Of a stretch of 23,753 bases of DNA, positions 8,282-16,425 are shown piece after piece. A model generated the notes under the pieces. It ran no database searches, had not been told where the DNA came from, and saw nothing but the letters and a program-made list of their open reading frames with translations. Origin of the DNA: Fibrobacteria bacterium (GTDB lineage: Bacteria > Fibrobacterota > Fibrobacteria > UBA11236); assembly GCA_043732185.1 (NCBI GenBank), contig JAYTHY010000105.1:1-23753 (forward strand). Direction: 5' to 3'. Both the position numbers and the translations under genes were made by a program. Each line of letters opens with the position of its first letter. Position 1 is the first letter of the stretch.

Positions 8282-9874
8282 ATGTACGCGAGCCCCAGTT
8301 TTCTTGCCGTAGCATTGCTGTTACCCTTGTGCGCCTTGATCTTGCATGGATTGGCACCTGCGGTGTATGGGTCTGGAGTTCCAGGGACCAAGGGGTCCGG
8401 AGTTCCTGGAACCAAGCCGGGTTTTTCCGTCCATGCCCAGGCCGCATTGGTGTTCCAATGGATTTTTGGTGCCTTTCTAGTTTGGCTCGCCGTAGTGGGG
8501 ATGCTGAGTCCGGTGAGCATTGTGCTCAAAGGCCGTGGCTTGCCTGTTGGCGTGACCCGGTTGCTGATTGAACCCACTTTATATCTGGATGGACGTAACG
8601 CACCTTTCCTCTTACTCATGGGCATCAGTTTGCCTCTCATCTTTACTTGGCTACGGGACCGGGAAGGCAAATACGGCCCTTCTTATTATGTCTCTGCCAA
8701 TCTGCTCAGTATGAGTCTGGTCGGAGTCTTTTTATCGGAAAGCCTTTTACTCTTTTATCTATTCTGGGAGCTTGCCCTCATCGGCGCGTATTTCTGGATT
8801 GGATTGCATGGCCGGGCCAATATTTATTCGGGTCCCGTGTATGGAGCGTTGCTCAAATTTTTCCTGATTACTTTGGCAGGCAGTCTACCCATGCTCGTTT
8901 CCATCGTGGCATTATGCGCCGCAGCAGGGCGGGATCCGGGACTCAGCGGCATTGCAGGCCTACTTCCTTCCTTGCCGCAATCGCAGCGCTGGTGGATCTT
9001 TGGTGGTTTCGTTTTAGCCTTTGCCGTCAAGCTTCCTCTGCTTGGTTTCCACGGGTGGCTGCGCGACACGTATAATGTGTCGGCACCGGCGTGTCGAGCG
9101 GTGTTGTCTGCTCTCATGTCCAAAATGGGTGCTTATGGCATCATCATGATTTTGGCTCAGGGTTTCCGTCAGGAATGTTTTCAGCTGGCCCCTCAATTAG
9201 AAATGCTGTGCGTACTCGGGGCCTTGTATGGCGCCGTGCTCTGTCTTGCCCAGGATCGCCTAATCGACATTCTGGTTTACTCCTCCCTTTCCCACTTGAG
9301 CCTAATCGGACTCGGTGTGTTCGCTGCTGCGGGTGCAGGCGAAGTAGAAACCACGGGTTTGACCGGGGCGATTTTCCAGGTTTTCAACCACGGGCTTATC
9401 ATGACGGCTTTGTTCGCTTTTGATGCGCGTATTTCCGTTTCCGGCAATAGCCCGTCTCTTTCCACCCATGGCGGGTTACGAAAAGGGCAGCGACGCTTGG
9501 CGGCCGTATTGCTCACGGCGATATTCGCTTCCGCCAGTTTGCCCGGTCTCAGCAATTTTGCTGGAGAAATCCTGGTATTGTTTACGGCTTTCAATTCTTC
9601 GCCTTGGTTGACTTTACTGGCTTCGCTGGGGGCGCTGATAGCAGCCGGTGCGCTGGTCCGGGCTTTCCACAAAATATTTTTAGGTCCCCAATCGGAGGCG
9701 TCGCAGCATAACTTCACTCAAGCACCCGATCTTTCCAAAAGGGAAACGGGATTGGCGCTCGGCCTTATCGTGCTCTGGCTCATACTTGGGCTTTATCCCA
9801 TGCTGTTCATTAGGCCGGTAGAGCATGCGATACTCACCTTGGGTGCCGTACGCGGCATGGCGGGCTTACCATGA
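8282..9874 (+). CDS. nuoM: NADH-quinone oxidoreductase subunit M
   Basis: LFYLFWE, AFAVKLPL..FHGWL, SKMGAYG, YSSLSH, NHG, LPGLSNFAGE, LGLYP. Confidence 0.93.
   Translation: MYASPSFLAVALLLPLCALILHGLAPAVYGSGVPGTKGSGVPGTKPGFSVHAQAALVFQWIFGAFLVWLAVVGMLSPVSIVLKGRGLPVGVTRLLIEPTLYLDGRNAPFLLLMGISLPLIFTWLRDREGKYGPSYYVSANLLSMSLVGVFLSESLLLFYLFWELALIGAYFWIGLHGRANIYSGPVYGALLKFFLITLAGSLPMLVSIVALCAAAGRDPGLSGIAGLLPSLPQSQRWWIFGGFVLAFAVKLPLLGFHGWLRDTYNVSAPACRAVLSALMSKMGAYGIIMILAQGFRQECFQLAPQLEMLCVLGALYGAVLCLAQDRLIDILVYSSLSHLSLIGLGVFAAAGAGEVETTGLTGAIFQVFNHGLIMTALFAFDARISVSGNSPSLSTHGGLRKGQRRLAAVLLTAIFASASLPGLSNFAGEILVLFTAFNSSPWLTLLASLGALIAAGALVRAFHKIFLGPQSEASQHNFTQAPDLSKRETGLALGLIVLWLILGLYPMLFIRPVEHAILTLGAVRGMAGLP
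8369..8416 (+). repeat. In-frame 2x24-bp duplication in nuoM (GSGVPGTK x2)
   Basis: gggtctggagttccagggaccaag / gggtccggagttcctggaaccaag; the 3 differences are all synonymous. Confidence 0.9.
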
Positions 9875-11328
9875 ATCCGTATCTCCTGACCCAAGCGCCC
9901 TTGGTGGGCGGCTTCGCCCTATTACTTCTGCTTGCCTCGCTTCGGCCCAGGCAGAAGGAAAAACTTTCCAACCTCGTTTCCATTTTGGCTTTGGCGACAT
10001 CCGGCTTATGCATATGGCTTTTCCTGCCGGAAAACACCGAGTACTTCGGGGGTGCCATACACGTTACGTCGGTGGGAAAGGCTTTGACATATATTTGCCT
10101 AGCCCTGACCATTGGTGGGTTGCTGCTTTCGGAAGGCTACTTGGAAAAGGTGCATATCACGGTCATGGAATGGCGTATGGTGGTGCTGGCTTTGGGAATG
10201 GGGATGGTCAATTTGTGTTTGGCCGGTGACCTGCCCACATTGTTCATCGCTTATGAACTGGTTTCCGTTCCTTCGTATGTGCTGGCGGGCTTCAGCCATA
10301 AAGATCCGCGCTCCAATGAGGCGGGAATGAAGTACCTGATGCTGGGTGTGTTCACAAGTGTCCTTTTCCTACTCGGGCTGTCCTTTGTGTATGGAGCTAC
10401 GGGAGAAATCAACTTACTGGCCATCCACGATACCTTATCCCGAGCTGTGGATGCGGGTGCAACCTCCGATTTGACGTTGGCCAAGGTGGGACTGGCTTTT
10501 ATTTTGGGAGCACTATTTTTCAAGGTGGCGATCGCCCCATTTCACAGTTGGCTACCGGATGTGTACCAAGGCACCAATATGGCTTCTCTCACCCTTATTT
10601 CCTCACCTGTAAAAGTTGCCATCTTTGGGATGCTGGGCATGCTGCTTTGGGGCACCTTTGAATCTTTGGAAGACGTGTGGAAACCGATTCTACTGATTGC
10701 CGCAGCCGTTTGTGCCGTAATGGGTAATCTTCAGGCCATCATCCAAACCAACCTCAAACGGTTATTAGCCTATTCGACCGTCGTCAACGGCGGCTTCATC
10801 CTTATCGGTATCGCTGTCAATTCCGCCCCCATCGTCATTTTTTATCTGGGATCCTATGGGGTGATGACGCTTGGGTCTTGGGCCGCCCTCATGGCAATGG
10901 GAACGTCCAAGGCTGACGTGGACACACTCGCCGATCTCACGGGTCTCGGTCGTTCGCGGCGATGGCTGGCCTTAGCCATGACGGTCATTCTGCTCAGCTA
11001 TGCCGGTATCCCATTGACTTCAGGATTCGCCGCCAAATTCGGCGTATTGCTAGAAGCCTTGCAGCCGAACGCCAATCTGCCCAGCTGGACGTTGGCGGTG
11101 ATTTTGATTTCCGTGGTGGGAGGCATCGCCTCTTTTTACTTTTACTTCCAAATTCTCCGTGCCATGTGGATGGGTGAATCGCAAGACCTGGCCAAAGGGC
11201 AAGACCTGGCGAAAGCGAGCTGGGACGGGCGTTCCGGTGATTTGCGCTGGAATTATTTTTTCGTCTTGACCTTGAGTGTGGTCATCATCCTCTCGCTGGG
11301 GATGTTTATTCGCTTACCGGGCTTTTAA
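9871..11328 (+). CDS. nuoN: NADH-quinone oxidoreductase subunit N
   Basis: AYELVSVPSYVLAG, SNEAGMKY, FKVAIAPFH.WLPDVYQG, NLKRLLAYS, GIPLTSGFAAKF. Confidence 0.95.
   Translation: MNPYLLTQAPLVGGFALLLLLASLRPRQKEKLSNLVSILALATSGLCIWLFLPENTEYFGGAIHVTSVGKALTYICLALTIGGLLLSEGYLEKVHITVMEWRMVVLALGMGMVNLCLAGDLPTLFIAYELVSVPSYVLAGFSHKDPRSNEAGMKYLMLGVFTSVLFLLGLSFVYGATGEINLLAIHDTLSRAVDAGATSDLTLAKVGLAFILGALFFKVAIAPFHSWLPDVYQGTNMASLTLISSPVKVAIFGMLGMLLWGTFESLEDVWKPILLIAAAVCAVMGNLQAIIQTNLKRLLAYSTVVNGGFILIGIAVNSAPIVIFYLGSYGVMTLGSWAALMAMGTSKADVDTLADLTGLGRSRRWLALAMTVILLSYAGIPLTSGFAAKFGVLLEALQPNANLPSWTLAVILISVVGGIASFYFYFQILRAMWMGESQDLAKGQDLAKASWDGRSGDLRWNYFFVLTLSVVIILSLGMFIRLPGF
11182..11217 (+). repeat. In-frame 2x18-bp duplication in nuoN (QDLAKG/QDLAKA)
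   Basis: caagacctggccaaaggg / caagacctggcgaaagcg. Confidence 0.85.
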
Positions 11329-11770
11329 GCGCCTGACGTGCGGCCCTGAGTTCTGCAGGACTGGTAATCAATCGTTCTGAATACCCGTTTTTCCACAATG
11401 GTGCTTTCTTGGTGAACTTACGGGCGAGGCGCAGAGCGGTATAGACTTTTATTAGCCGGACAGCTTCGTTGAGCGAAAGTGGATCCTCTTCCGTGGACGT
11501 CAAAATCAAAAGTCCCTGCAAATGTCGCGGACCAATGCGTACAGCATCCGGATGCAGGTCCGGACGAATCCGCGAGAGATCCTGCCAGCAGTCCAGAACA
11601 ATTTGACCGCGGGCATTTGGCACGAAGTTCTTGCGTTTGATGCTTCCTAGCGCATCCGCCTCGTCTTTTACAGCAAAGGTAACCAGGTAGATCTCTTTTT
11701 CGATAGCAAGGGGCTTGCCCCCTATGGAGCTGCGCTTGCTTTTGAGATGGGAAGGTTTGGTGGCACCCAT
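11306..11770 (-). CDS. RAYT/IS200-like (Y1 HUH) transposase-fold protein with degenerate active site
   Basis: Colinear with RAYT motifs YFVT..LFG.I....LN..G.IV...W, D.FV.MPNHxHG.I, SL...I...K, WQR.YYE.IIR...EL..IREYI..NP. Here these read IYLVT..LGSI..NARGQIVLDCW, DAVRIGPRHLQGLL, SLNEAVRLIK, WKNGYSERLITSPAELRAARQALKSP. RBS AAGGAAG is present. Confidence 0.7.
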   Translation of the reverse strand: MGATKPSHLKSKRSSIGGKPLAIEKEIYLVTFAVKDEADALGSIKRKNFVPNARGQIVLDCWQDLSRIRPDLHPDAVRIGPRHLQGLLILTSTEEDPLSLNEAVRLIKVYTALRLARKFTKKAPLWKNGYSERLITSPAELRAARQALKSPVSE

Positions 11771-11879
11771 ATGCTTCCTTTAGAAGCAGCCAATGATGCT
11801 GTCTGCCTCCAAGAATTAAAATAACTCATATCCTGAGAAATGAATCACAAAATTTTAAGTAGTCGAAAAGGGGGGCTCT

Positions 11880-11945
11880 TCAGGACGCAATCAGGACGCG
11901 ATCAGGACGCGATCAGGATGCGATCAGGATGCGATCAGGATGCGT
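11880..11945. repeat. Tandem array, 6 x 11 bp (TCAGGAYGCRW), including the stop codon of the 529-aa gene
   Basis: tcaggacgcaa tcaggacgcga tcaggacgcga tcaggatgcga tcaggatgcga tcaggatgcgt. Confidence 0.95.
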
Positions 11946-13524
11946 ACGCCAACGTCAGGAATCGATGCAATTCGGCAACTACCTCGCGACGCAATTCCTC
12001 CCTGGCGCGGTAAAGCGATTTCATATCCGTGAAGGAGACGTGCTGAGGGTGGATTAAATTGCGCAGAAGCGCGGCCGGAATGTCTACCGGGCTTCGCAGT
12101 AGGGCTATCGGGACCCGGCCATTTATCGCTCCGGTATGCAGTTCACGCCGCGCGGCGATGTGCTGGTGTACAGAGGGCGATCTGTTGCCTTCCACTATCA
12201 TTTCAATCAACCCGGGCGACATGTAAACCTTGGAATGTTCAAGCAGCTTGAGCAGAATAGTGTCATTGTGGATATTGGCGAGAATAGTGCTGCGCAAGTC
12301 CGGCGGGATGCGGTCTGGATTGGCACTGCGATAGGGCCGAGTCAAACCATCTCTGGCGATCCAGGGGGAATAGGGGTTTTCACCGAAGTTGCCGAGCACA
12401 AAATTGCCGTCCCGTTCGGTTTTAGCTTCTCCCAAAAGCACTTCCACTGCGGAATATCGGCCTTCGATATCAAGACGAAAATGTCCTTGGTCATAGCTTT
12501 CCAGCGCCATACGGATCCATTCCAATGGTCCGCCGGTATGGCCACGGGCTTCCATCACCCATCTGGTTAAAGTCGTGAGCGCGATCAAATCTGCAGTGGG
12601 AATCCGCTTTGCTCTTTGCAGTTCCAGCGTCTCCTTGAATTCTTGGAGTTCCGGAAGCTTTTCGATGAACTGTTTGAAGTGAGCGTAAAAGAAGGGCCCG
12701 AGTTGTTCCTCAATACCCATAGTGGCATCCAAAATGGGACCATACGCACCCAGGCGTTTTGCCATCTCCAGGGCTTTTTGCATCCTCTGTTCAAGATGTT
12801 TTAAAAGTGGAGTCAGGCGGGACAAGGAATCGAGGTCGCCGACTCCAAGATCGAGTTCGAGCCAATGCTTCCGCTCGCCAATGGCGATGGATTCCGAGTG
12901 GATGAGGTAAACCAGCAAACCCAAGTCTCCGGAAACAGGAATGCGGCCGGCCTGCATAAGTTTAAAGATCTCATTAGCATGATGGCAAAAGGGGTTAAGA
13001 TCCGTAAAACTGGAAAGGCCCAGGGATTGGATAATTTCATGAGCGAGGTTGGTCTCGACGGCGTTCAATGGTTTCTGGCGTTCGACTCTGAGAAGCAAGC
13101 GTTTCAGGTGGCGGAACTGCAAAACATAAGCCGCGGTCTGCCAATCGGATGCTTCCACTTCCAGCAGAATAAAGAGAAATCGTTCCATCCATACTCTTGG
13201 GAAACGGGCTTGAAGGGCTTCGAGCACGAGGCGGTCTAAAGGATAATGGCCACATTGGACTTTGAAAAATTCGGCGAGCTGACGACAGCTATCCGGATAG
13301 TTTTTATGGTTTTCTACCAGGGAAAAAAGTTCAGAAAGAGGAAAGGGCAAGGTTGATTGGATTCGGATTTTTGAATGGACCCGGGAATTGGGATTTGCTT
13401 CCGGATGGGTCCAAGATACGGGCTCGCCTGTTTCCAGGGTCTTGGCCAATTGAACGGGGGTCTGAGACTTGAGGGCGCTTTGCATGACATCTTCCATGGG
13501 GTTTTCTTTGGCGAATCTTACCAT
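11935..13524 (-). CDS. Hypothetical helical protein (start may be at an internal Met, 13497 or 13485)
   Basis: Long ORF with natural composition and no TM segment or signal peptide. The C-terminal ~115 aa (..SVHQHIAARREL..VPIALLRSP..IP..DMKSL) resemble short helical repeats of conserved hypothetical proteins. Confidence 0.8.
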   Translation of the reverse strand: MVRFAKENPMEDVMQSALKSQTPVQLAKTLETGEPVSWTHPEANPNSRVHSKIRIQSTLPFPLSELFSLVENHKNYPDSCRQLAEFFKVQCGHYPLDRLVLEALQARFPRVWMERFLFILLEVEASDWQTAAYVLQFRHLKRLLLRVERQKPLNAVETNLAHEIIQSLGLSSFTDLNPFCHHANEIFKLMQAGRIPVSGDLGLLVYLIHSESIAIGERKHWLELDLGVGDLDSLSRLTPLLKHLEQRMQKALEMAKRLGAYGPILDATMGIEEQLGPFFYAHFKQFIEKLPELQEFKETLELQRAKRIPTADLIALTTLTRWVMEARGHTGGPLEWIRMALESYDQGHFRLDIEGRYSAVEVLLGEAKTERDGNFVLGNFGENPYSPWIARDGLTRPYRSANPDRIPPDLRSTILANIHNDTILLKLLEHSKVYMSPGLIEMIVEGNRSPSVHQHIAARRELHTGAINGRVPIALLRSPVDIPAALLRNLIHPQHVSFTDMKSLYRAREELRREVVAELHRFLTLAYAS

Positions 13525-13584
13525 TGCCTTAGGGTGCCCTTTCCACTATTAAATACCCAGCATATGGGAGAAATTGGAGGGAAA

Positions 13585-13691
13585 GCTATCAACAGCCTGT
13601 TGAAAGCACTTGTCAACGTGTGGATAAATCAGGGTAAAGTTATCCAATTTTGAAGTAAAGGCTTAAAAACTGAGAGGTCTCTTGTGGATAG
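13585..13691. promoter_or_regulatory. Cluster of DnaA-box-like 9-mers
   Basis: Matches to TTATCCACA in either orientation: TGTGGATAA 13619-27 (9/9), TGTGGATAG 13683-91 (8/9), TTATCCAAT 13640-48 (7/9), CTATCAACA 13586-94 (7/9), TGTTGAAAG 13598-606 (6/9) and TTGTCAACG 13610-18 (6/9). Confidence 0.6.
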
Positions 13692-13753
13692 ATTTATGTT
13701 TGGAGGGGATTAGAAATTTGGGAAATTTTAGAGATACGGTCGAGAATTAAGCT

Positions 13754-14353
13754 CTATTCCTGGGGGAACATGCCCTCAAAAACGATTTCTCGCAAGGCTT
13801 TGCGCCCACTGGGGACTTCTCGAGTACGCAAAGGCTCAGGTAAAACATCAGGGGTTGTAGAATAGCCAAGGGCGCACATGGCCTCCACAGAGTAACCTTC
13901 CGGTAACCCTATCGCTATTGCAGCTTTGCCATAATCGAAACCTTGCATACCGTGCACGACCAGTCCCAGCATGTTCCCTTGCAATGCAAGGCTCATCCAG
14001 GCAGCGCCAGTATCAAACGAATGCGTGAGAGACGGTTTAGCATTGTGGTCGAAAGTTTGTTTGGAAACAATAACCACTAAGGCTCCAGCCGCTTTGCACC
14101 AAACCTGATTATTGGCTGTGAGCAAGTCGAGGAAATTCGGCCAGGCTTGGCTCGAACGCAAGGCATAGATAAATCGCCAAGGTTGGTTGTTGTTGGAAGA
14201 AGGAGCCCAGCGTGCCGCCTCGCAAAGAGTCAGCATCGTTTCCTTATCAATATGCGCCCCACTCATGGCACGGGGAGACCATCGATCTGGAAAAAGCGGA
14301 TCCACTGCATGATCGGTTTGACGTCGGGCACTGGCCGGGATAAGATTTGTCAT
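13754..14353 (-). CDS. Nitroreductase family flavoprotein
   Basis: DRWSPRAM, EAARWAPSSNNNQPWRF, FDTGAAWMSLALQ, HGMQGFD, RE.PSGRK. Confidence 0.92.
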   Translation of the reverse strand: MTNLIPASARRQTDHAVDPLFPDRWSPRAMSGAHIDKETMLTLCEAARWAPSSNNNQPWRFIYALRSSQAWPNFLDLLTANNQVWCKAAGALVVIVSKQTFDHNAKPSLTHSFDTGAAWMSLALQGNMLGLVVHGMQGFDYGKAAIAIGLPEGYSVEAMCALGYSTTPDVLPEPLRTREVPSGRKALREIVFEGMFPQE

Positions 14354-16242
14354 CGGCGTTCCTTGATGGATTGGTTGGTGGATAGCGCAAGCATATTGCG
14401 GATAGTGGATTCCAGTTCAGCGGCTTTCGTGGCAGGTGCCAGGGGCAAGCCGATGGACAGGCTGATGTTCCGCCGGGAAGGTTTGGGCATCCGAGTCATG
14501 GCGCTGCCGCCTTGGCGACTGAAGAAGCTGCCCCATAGACCTTGTAATGCCATGGGAATAACCGGCACTGGATTTGACATGAGAATGCGTTCCACGCCGG
14601 GACGAAAAGGGTTTAGAGCCCCGTCCGAGGTGATTTTCCCTTCCGGAAAAATGCAAACCAGATTTCCGTTTTCGAGTTCGCGGGAAATGGAAACGAAAGC
14701 GGCTTCTTTTAAGGCCGCGTTTTCCTTGGCTGATGCGATGGGAATGGCTTTGCTCAGACGAAACAACCATCCGAGCAATGGGTTTTTGAATATCGAGTGA
14801 TCCATTACAAAGTGTACGGGACGACGGCAGGCCGCGGTGATCACGAACCAGTCGATAAAGCTGACATGGTTGCAAACGATGACAGCTGGACCGGAACGTG
14901 GTACGGAATCCCTGCCGCTATAACGCAAACGATATATCGTTCCGGCCAATACCCAGACAATAAAGCGCATAACAAATTCCGGAATGAGCAGAAAGATGTA
15001 GGTGGCGATGACACAGTTTAAAATTGCGGTGAAGAATAGGATTTGAATGGTATTCAAGCCGACTTTGAAAAGGACCATGGTGATAAGCGCCGAGGCGACC
15101 ATGAACAGGGCGTTAAAAATATTATTGGCAGCGATGACGCGGGATCTGGACTCCGTATCCGCGCGGGTTTGAATCAAGGCATAGAGGGGCACGATAAACA
15201 GACTCCCGAACAGGCCTAGCATGCTGAGGTCGACGCTTACGCGCAGGGCCGCGCCCAGATACGGTCCGTGCAACAACTCGCCCACGCCCATCAATGCTGC
15301 GTGCGCGGGCGGATAGGTGATAAAGGACAAGTCGGCGCAGAACCAGGTCAAACCTATTGCACCTATCGGCACTAGGCTAAGTTCGATTTCGCCGCGAGAA
15401 AGTTTGGCGCAGAGAATGGAGCCAATCCCTACGGAAAGGGAAAATAGGGCGAGCAGCAGGGTGACAACGGCTTCATTTCCATGCAACATATGTCGAGTGA
15501 AATTTGGCAACTGGGCCAGCAGCGTTGCGCCAAAATACCAAAACCAGGAAATCCCCAGAATGGAATTGAATAGAGCCGGCTTGCTGTAAATGATACGAGT
15601 AAGCGCTGCCGTTTGAGTGAGCGGGTTCCAATTGAGTTTGAGATTGGGCGCAGGAGCAGGTGCCGGGGGAATTTTAAGGGAAGCCAAGTATCCGATGATG
15701 GAAACTCCGACAATGCCGGAAGAGATGGCCATGACATTTTGTTTTCCCGCCAGCAAGCCACCGGCGAGGGTTCCAATCAGAATGGCTAAGAAAGTTCCCA
15801 TTTCCACCAGGGCATTGCCCGTCATAAGTTCTGTCTCTTTAAGATGCTGCGGTAAAATGCTGTACTTGGCGGGCCCAAAGCATGCGGAGTGGACGCCCAT
15901 TAGAAACAAGGTGATAAACAATAAAACAGTTTGATGGGTCATGAACCCCAGCGAACCTAGCAGCATGATGCCGATTTCCACCGCTTTGATCCAGCGCATG
16001 ATGCGGGCTTTATCGTATTTGTCGGACAATTGCCCTGAGACACCCGAGAAGAGAAAGAACGGAAGTATGAACAAACCGGCCGCTAGATTGGTCAGCAGTC
16101 CGGATTCTGCCTCGTTGGCCGCTGCAAAGGCGAACAGGATGACGAGGGTATTTTTAAACAAATTATCGTTTAAGGCACCCAAGAATTGGACGGTGAAAAA
16201 GGGACCAAACCGTCTTTGTCCCAGCAAGGTAAACAGGCTCAT
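14350..16242 (-). CDS. LplT-like MFS transporter fused to a PlsC-type acyltransferase
   Basis: RRFGPFF.VQFLGALNDNLFKN, GQLSDKYDK, FGPAKYSILPQHL, multiple TM segments, and acyltransferase motifs NHVSFID and FPEG. The start is placed at MSLF (16242) rather than 16326. Confidence 0.92.
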   Translation of the reverse strand: MSLFTLLGQRRFGPFFTVQFLGALNDNLFKNTLVILFAFAAANEAESGLLTNLAAGLFILPFFLFSGVSGQLSDKYDKARIMRWIKAVEIGIMLLGSLGFMTHQTVLLFITLFLMGVHSACFGPAKYSILPQHLKETELMTGNALVEMGTFLAILIGTLAGGLLAGKQNVMAISSGIVGVSIIGYLASLKIPPAPAPAPNLKLNWNPLTQTAALTRIIYSKPALFNSILGISWFWYFGATLLAQLPNFTRHMLHGNEAVVTLLLALFSLSVGIGSILCAKLSRGEIELSLVPIGAIGLTWFCADLSFITYPPAHAALMGVGELLHGPYLGAALRVSVDLSMLGLFGSLFIVPLYALIQTRADTESRSRVIAANNIFNALFMVASALITMVLFKVGLNTIQILFFTAILNCVIATYIFLLIPEFVMRFIVWVLAGTIYRLRYSGRDSVPRSGPAVIVCNHVSFIDWFVITAACRRPVHFVMDHSIFKNPLLGWLFRLSKAIPIASAKENAALKEAAFVSISRELENGNLVCIFPEGKITSDGALNPFRPGVERILMSNPVPVIPMALQGLWGSFFSRQGGSAMTRMPKPSRRNISLSIGLPLAPATKAAELESTIRNMLALSTNQSIKERR

Positions 16243-16286
16243 ATTTTTTATTCCCGTTCGGAAATCTAGTTCTGACCATCGGCATT

Positions 16287-16300
16287 TGACCAACTGGTCA
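16287..16300. promoter_or_regulatory. Palindrome TGACCA-AC-TGGTCA, candidate TetR-type operator
   Basis: Perfect 6-bp arms about 45 bp upstream of the MFS start, with an extra TGACCA half-site at 16273-78. Confidence 0.45.
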
Positions 16301-16425
16301 GCCGCACACCTTTCGACGCCCTGCACCCTTCCTGCTGTTCCTCCATTCTCCAGTATTTCTGCTAGTCCCCATGAGTTTTAAACCTTGAATTGGATTGGCC
16401 CTCTTTTTGCGTTTACGGAAAAAGT

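Noticed and set aside
6359..11328. Mrp Na+/H+ antiporter or hydrogenase-4 membrane subunits
   Set aside because: The J-K-L-M-N gene order and subunit-specific motifs fit Nuo. There are no MrpB/E/F/G or hydrogenase genes.
11880..11945. CRISPR array
   Set aside because: The 11-bp units are contiguous with no spacers, and there are no cas genes in the window.
14147..14800. 217-aa + strand ORF and other short overlapping ORFs in the nuo, MFS and lysA genes
   Set aside because: They are antisense or out-of-frame to confidently identified genes, with no independent support.
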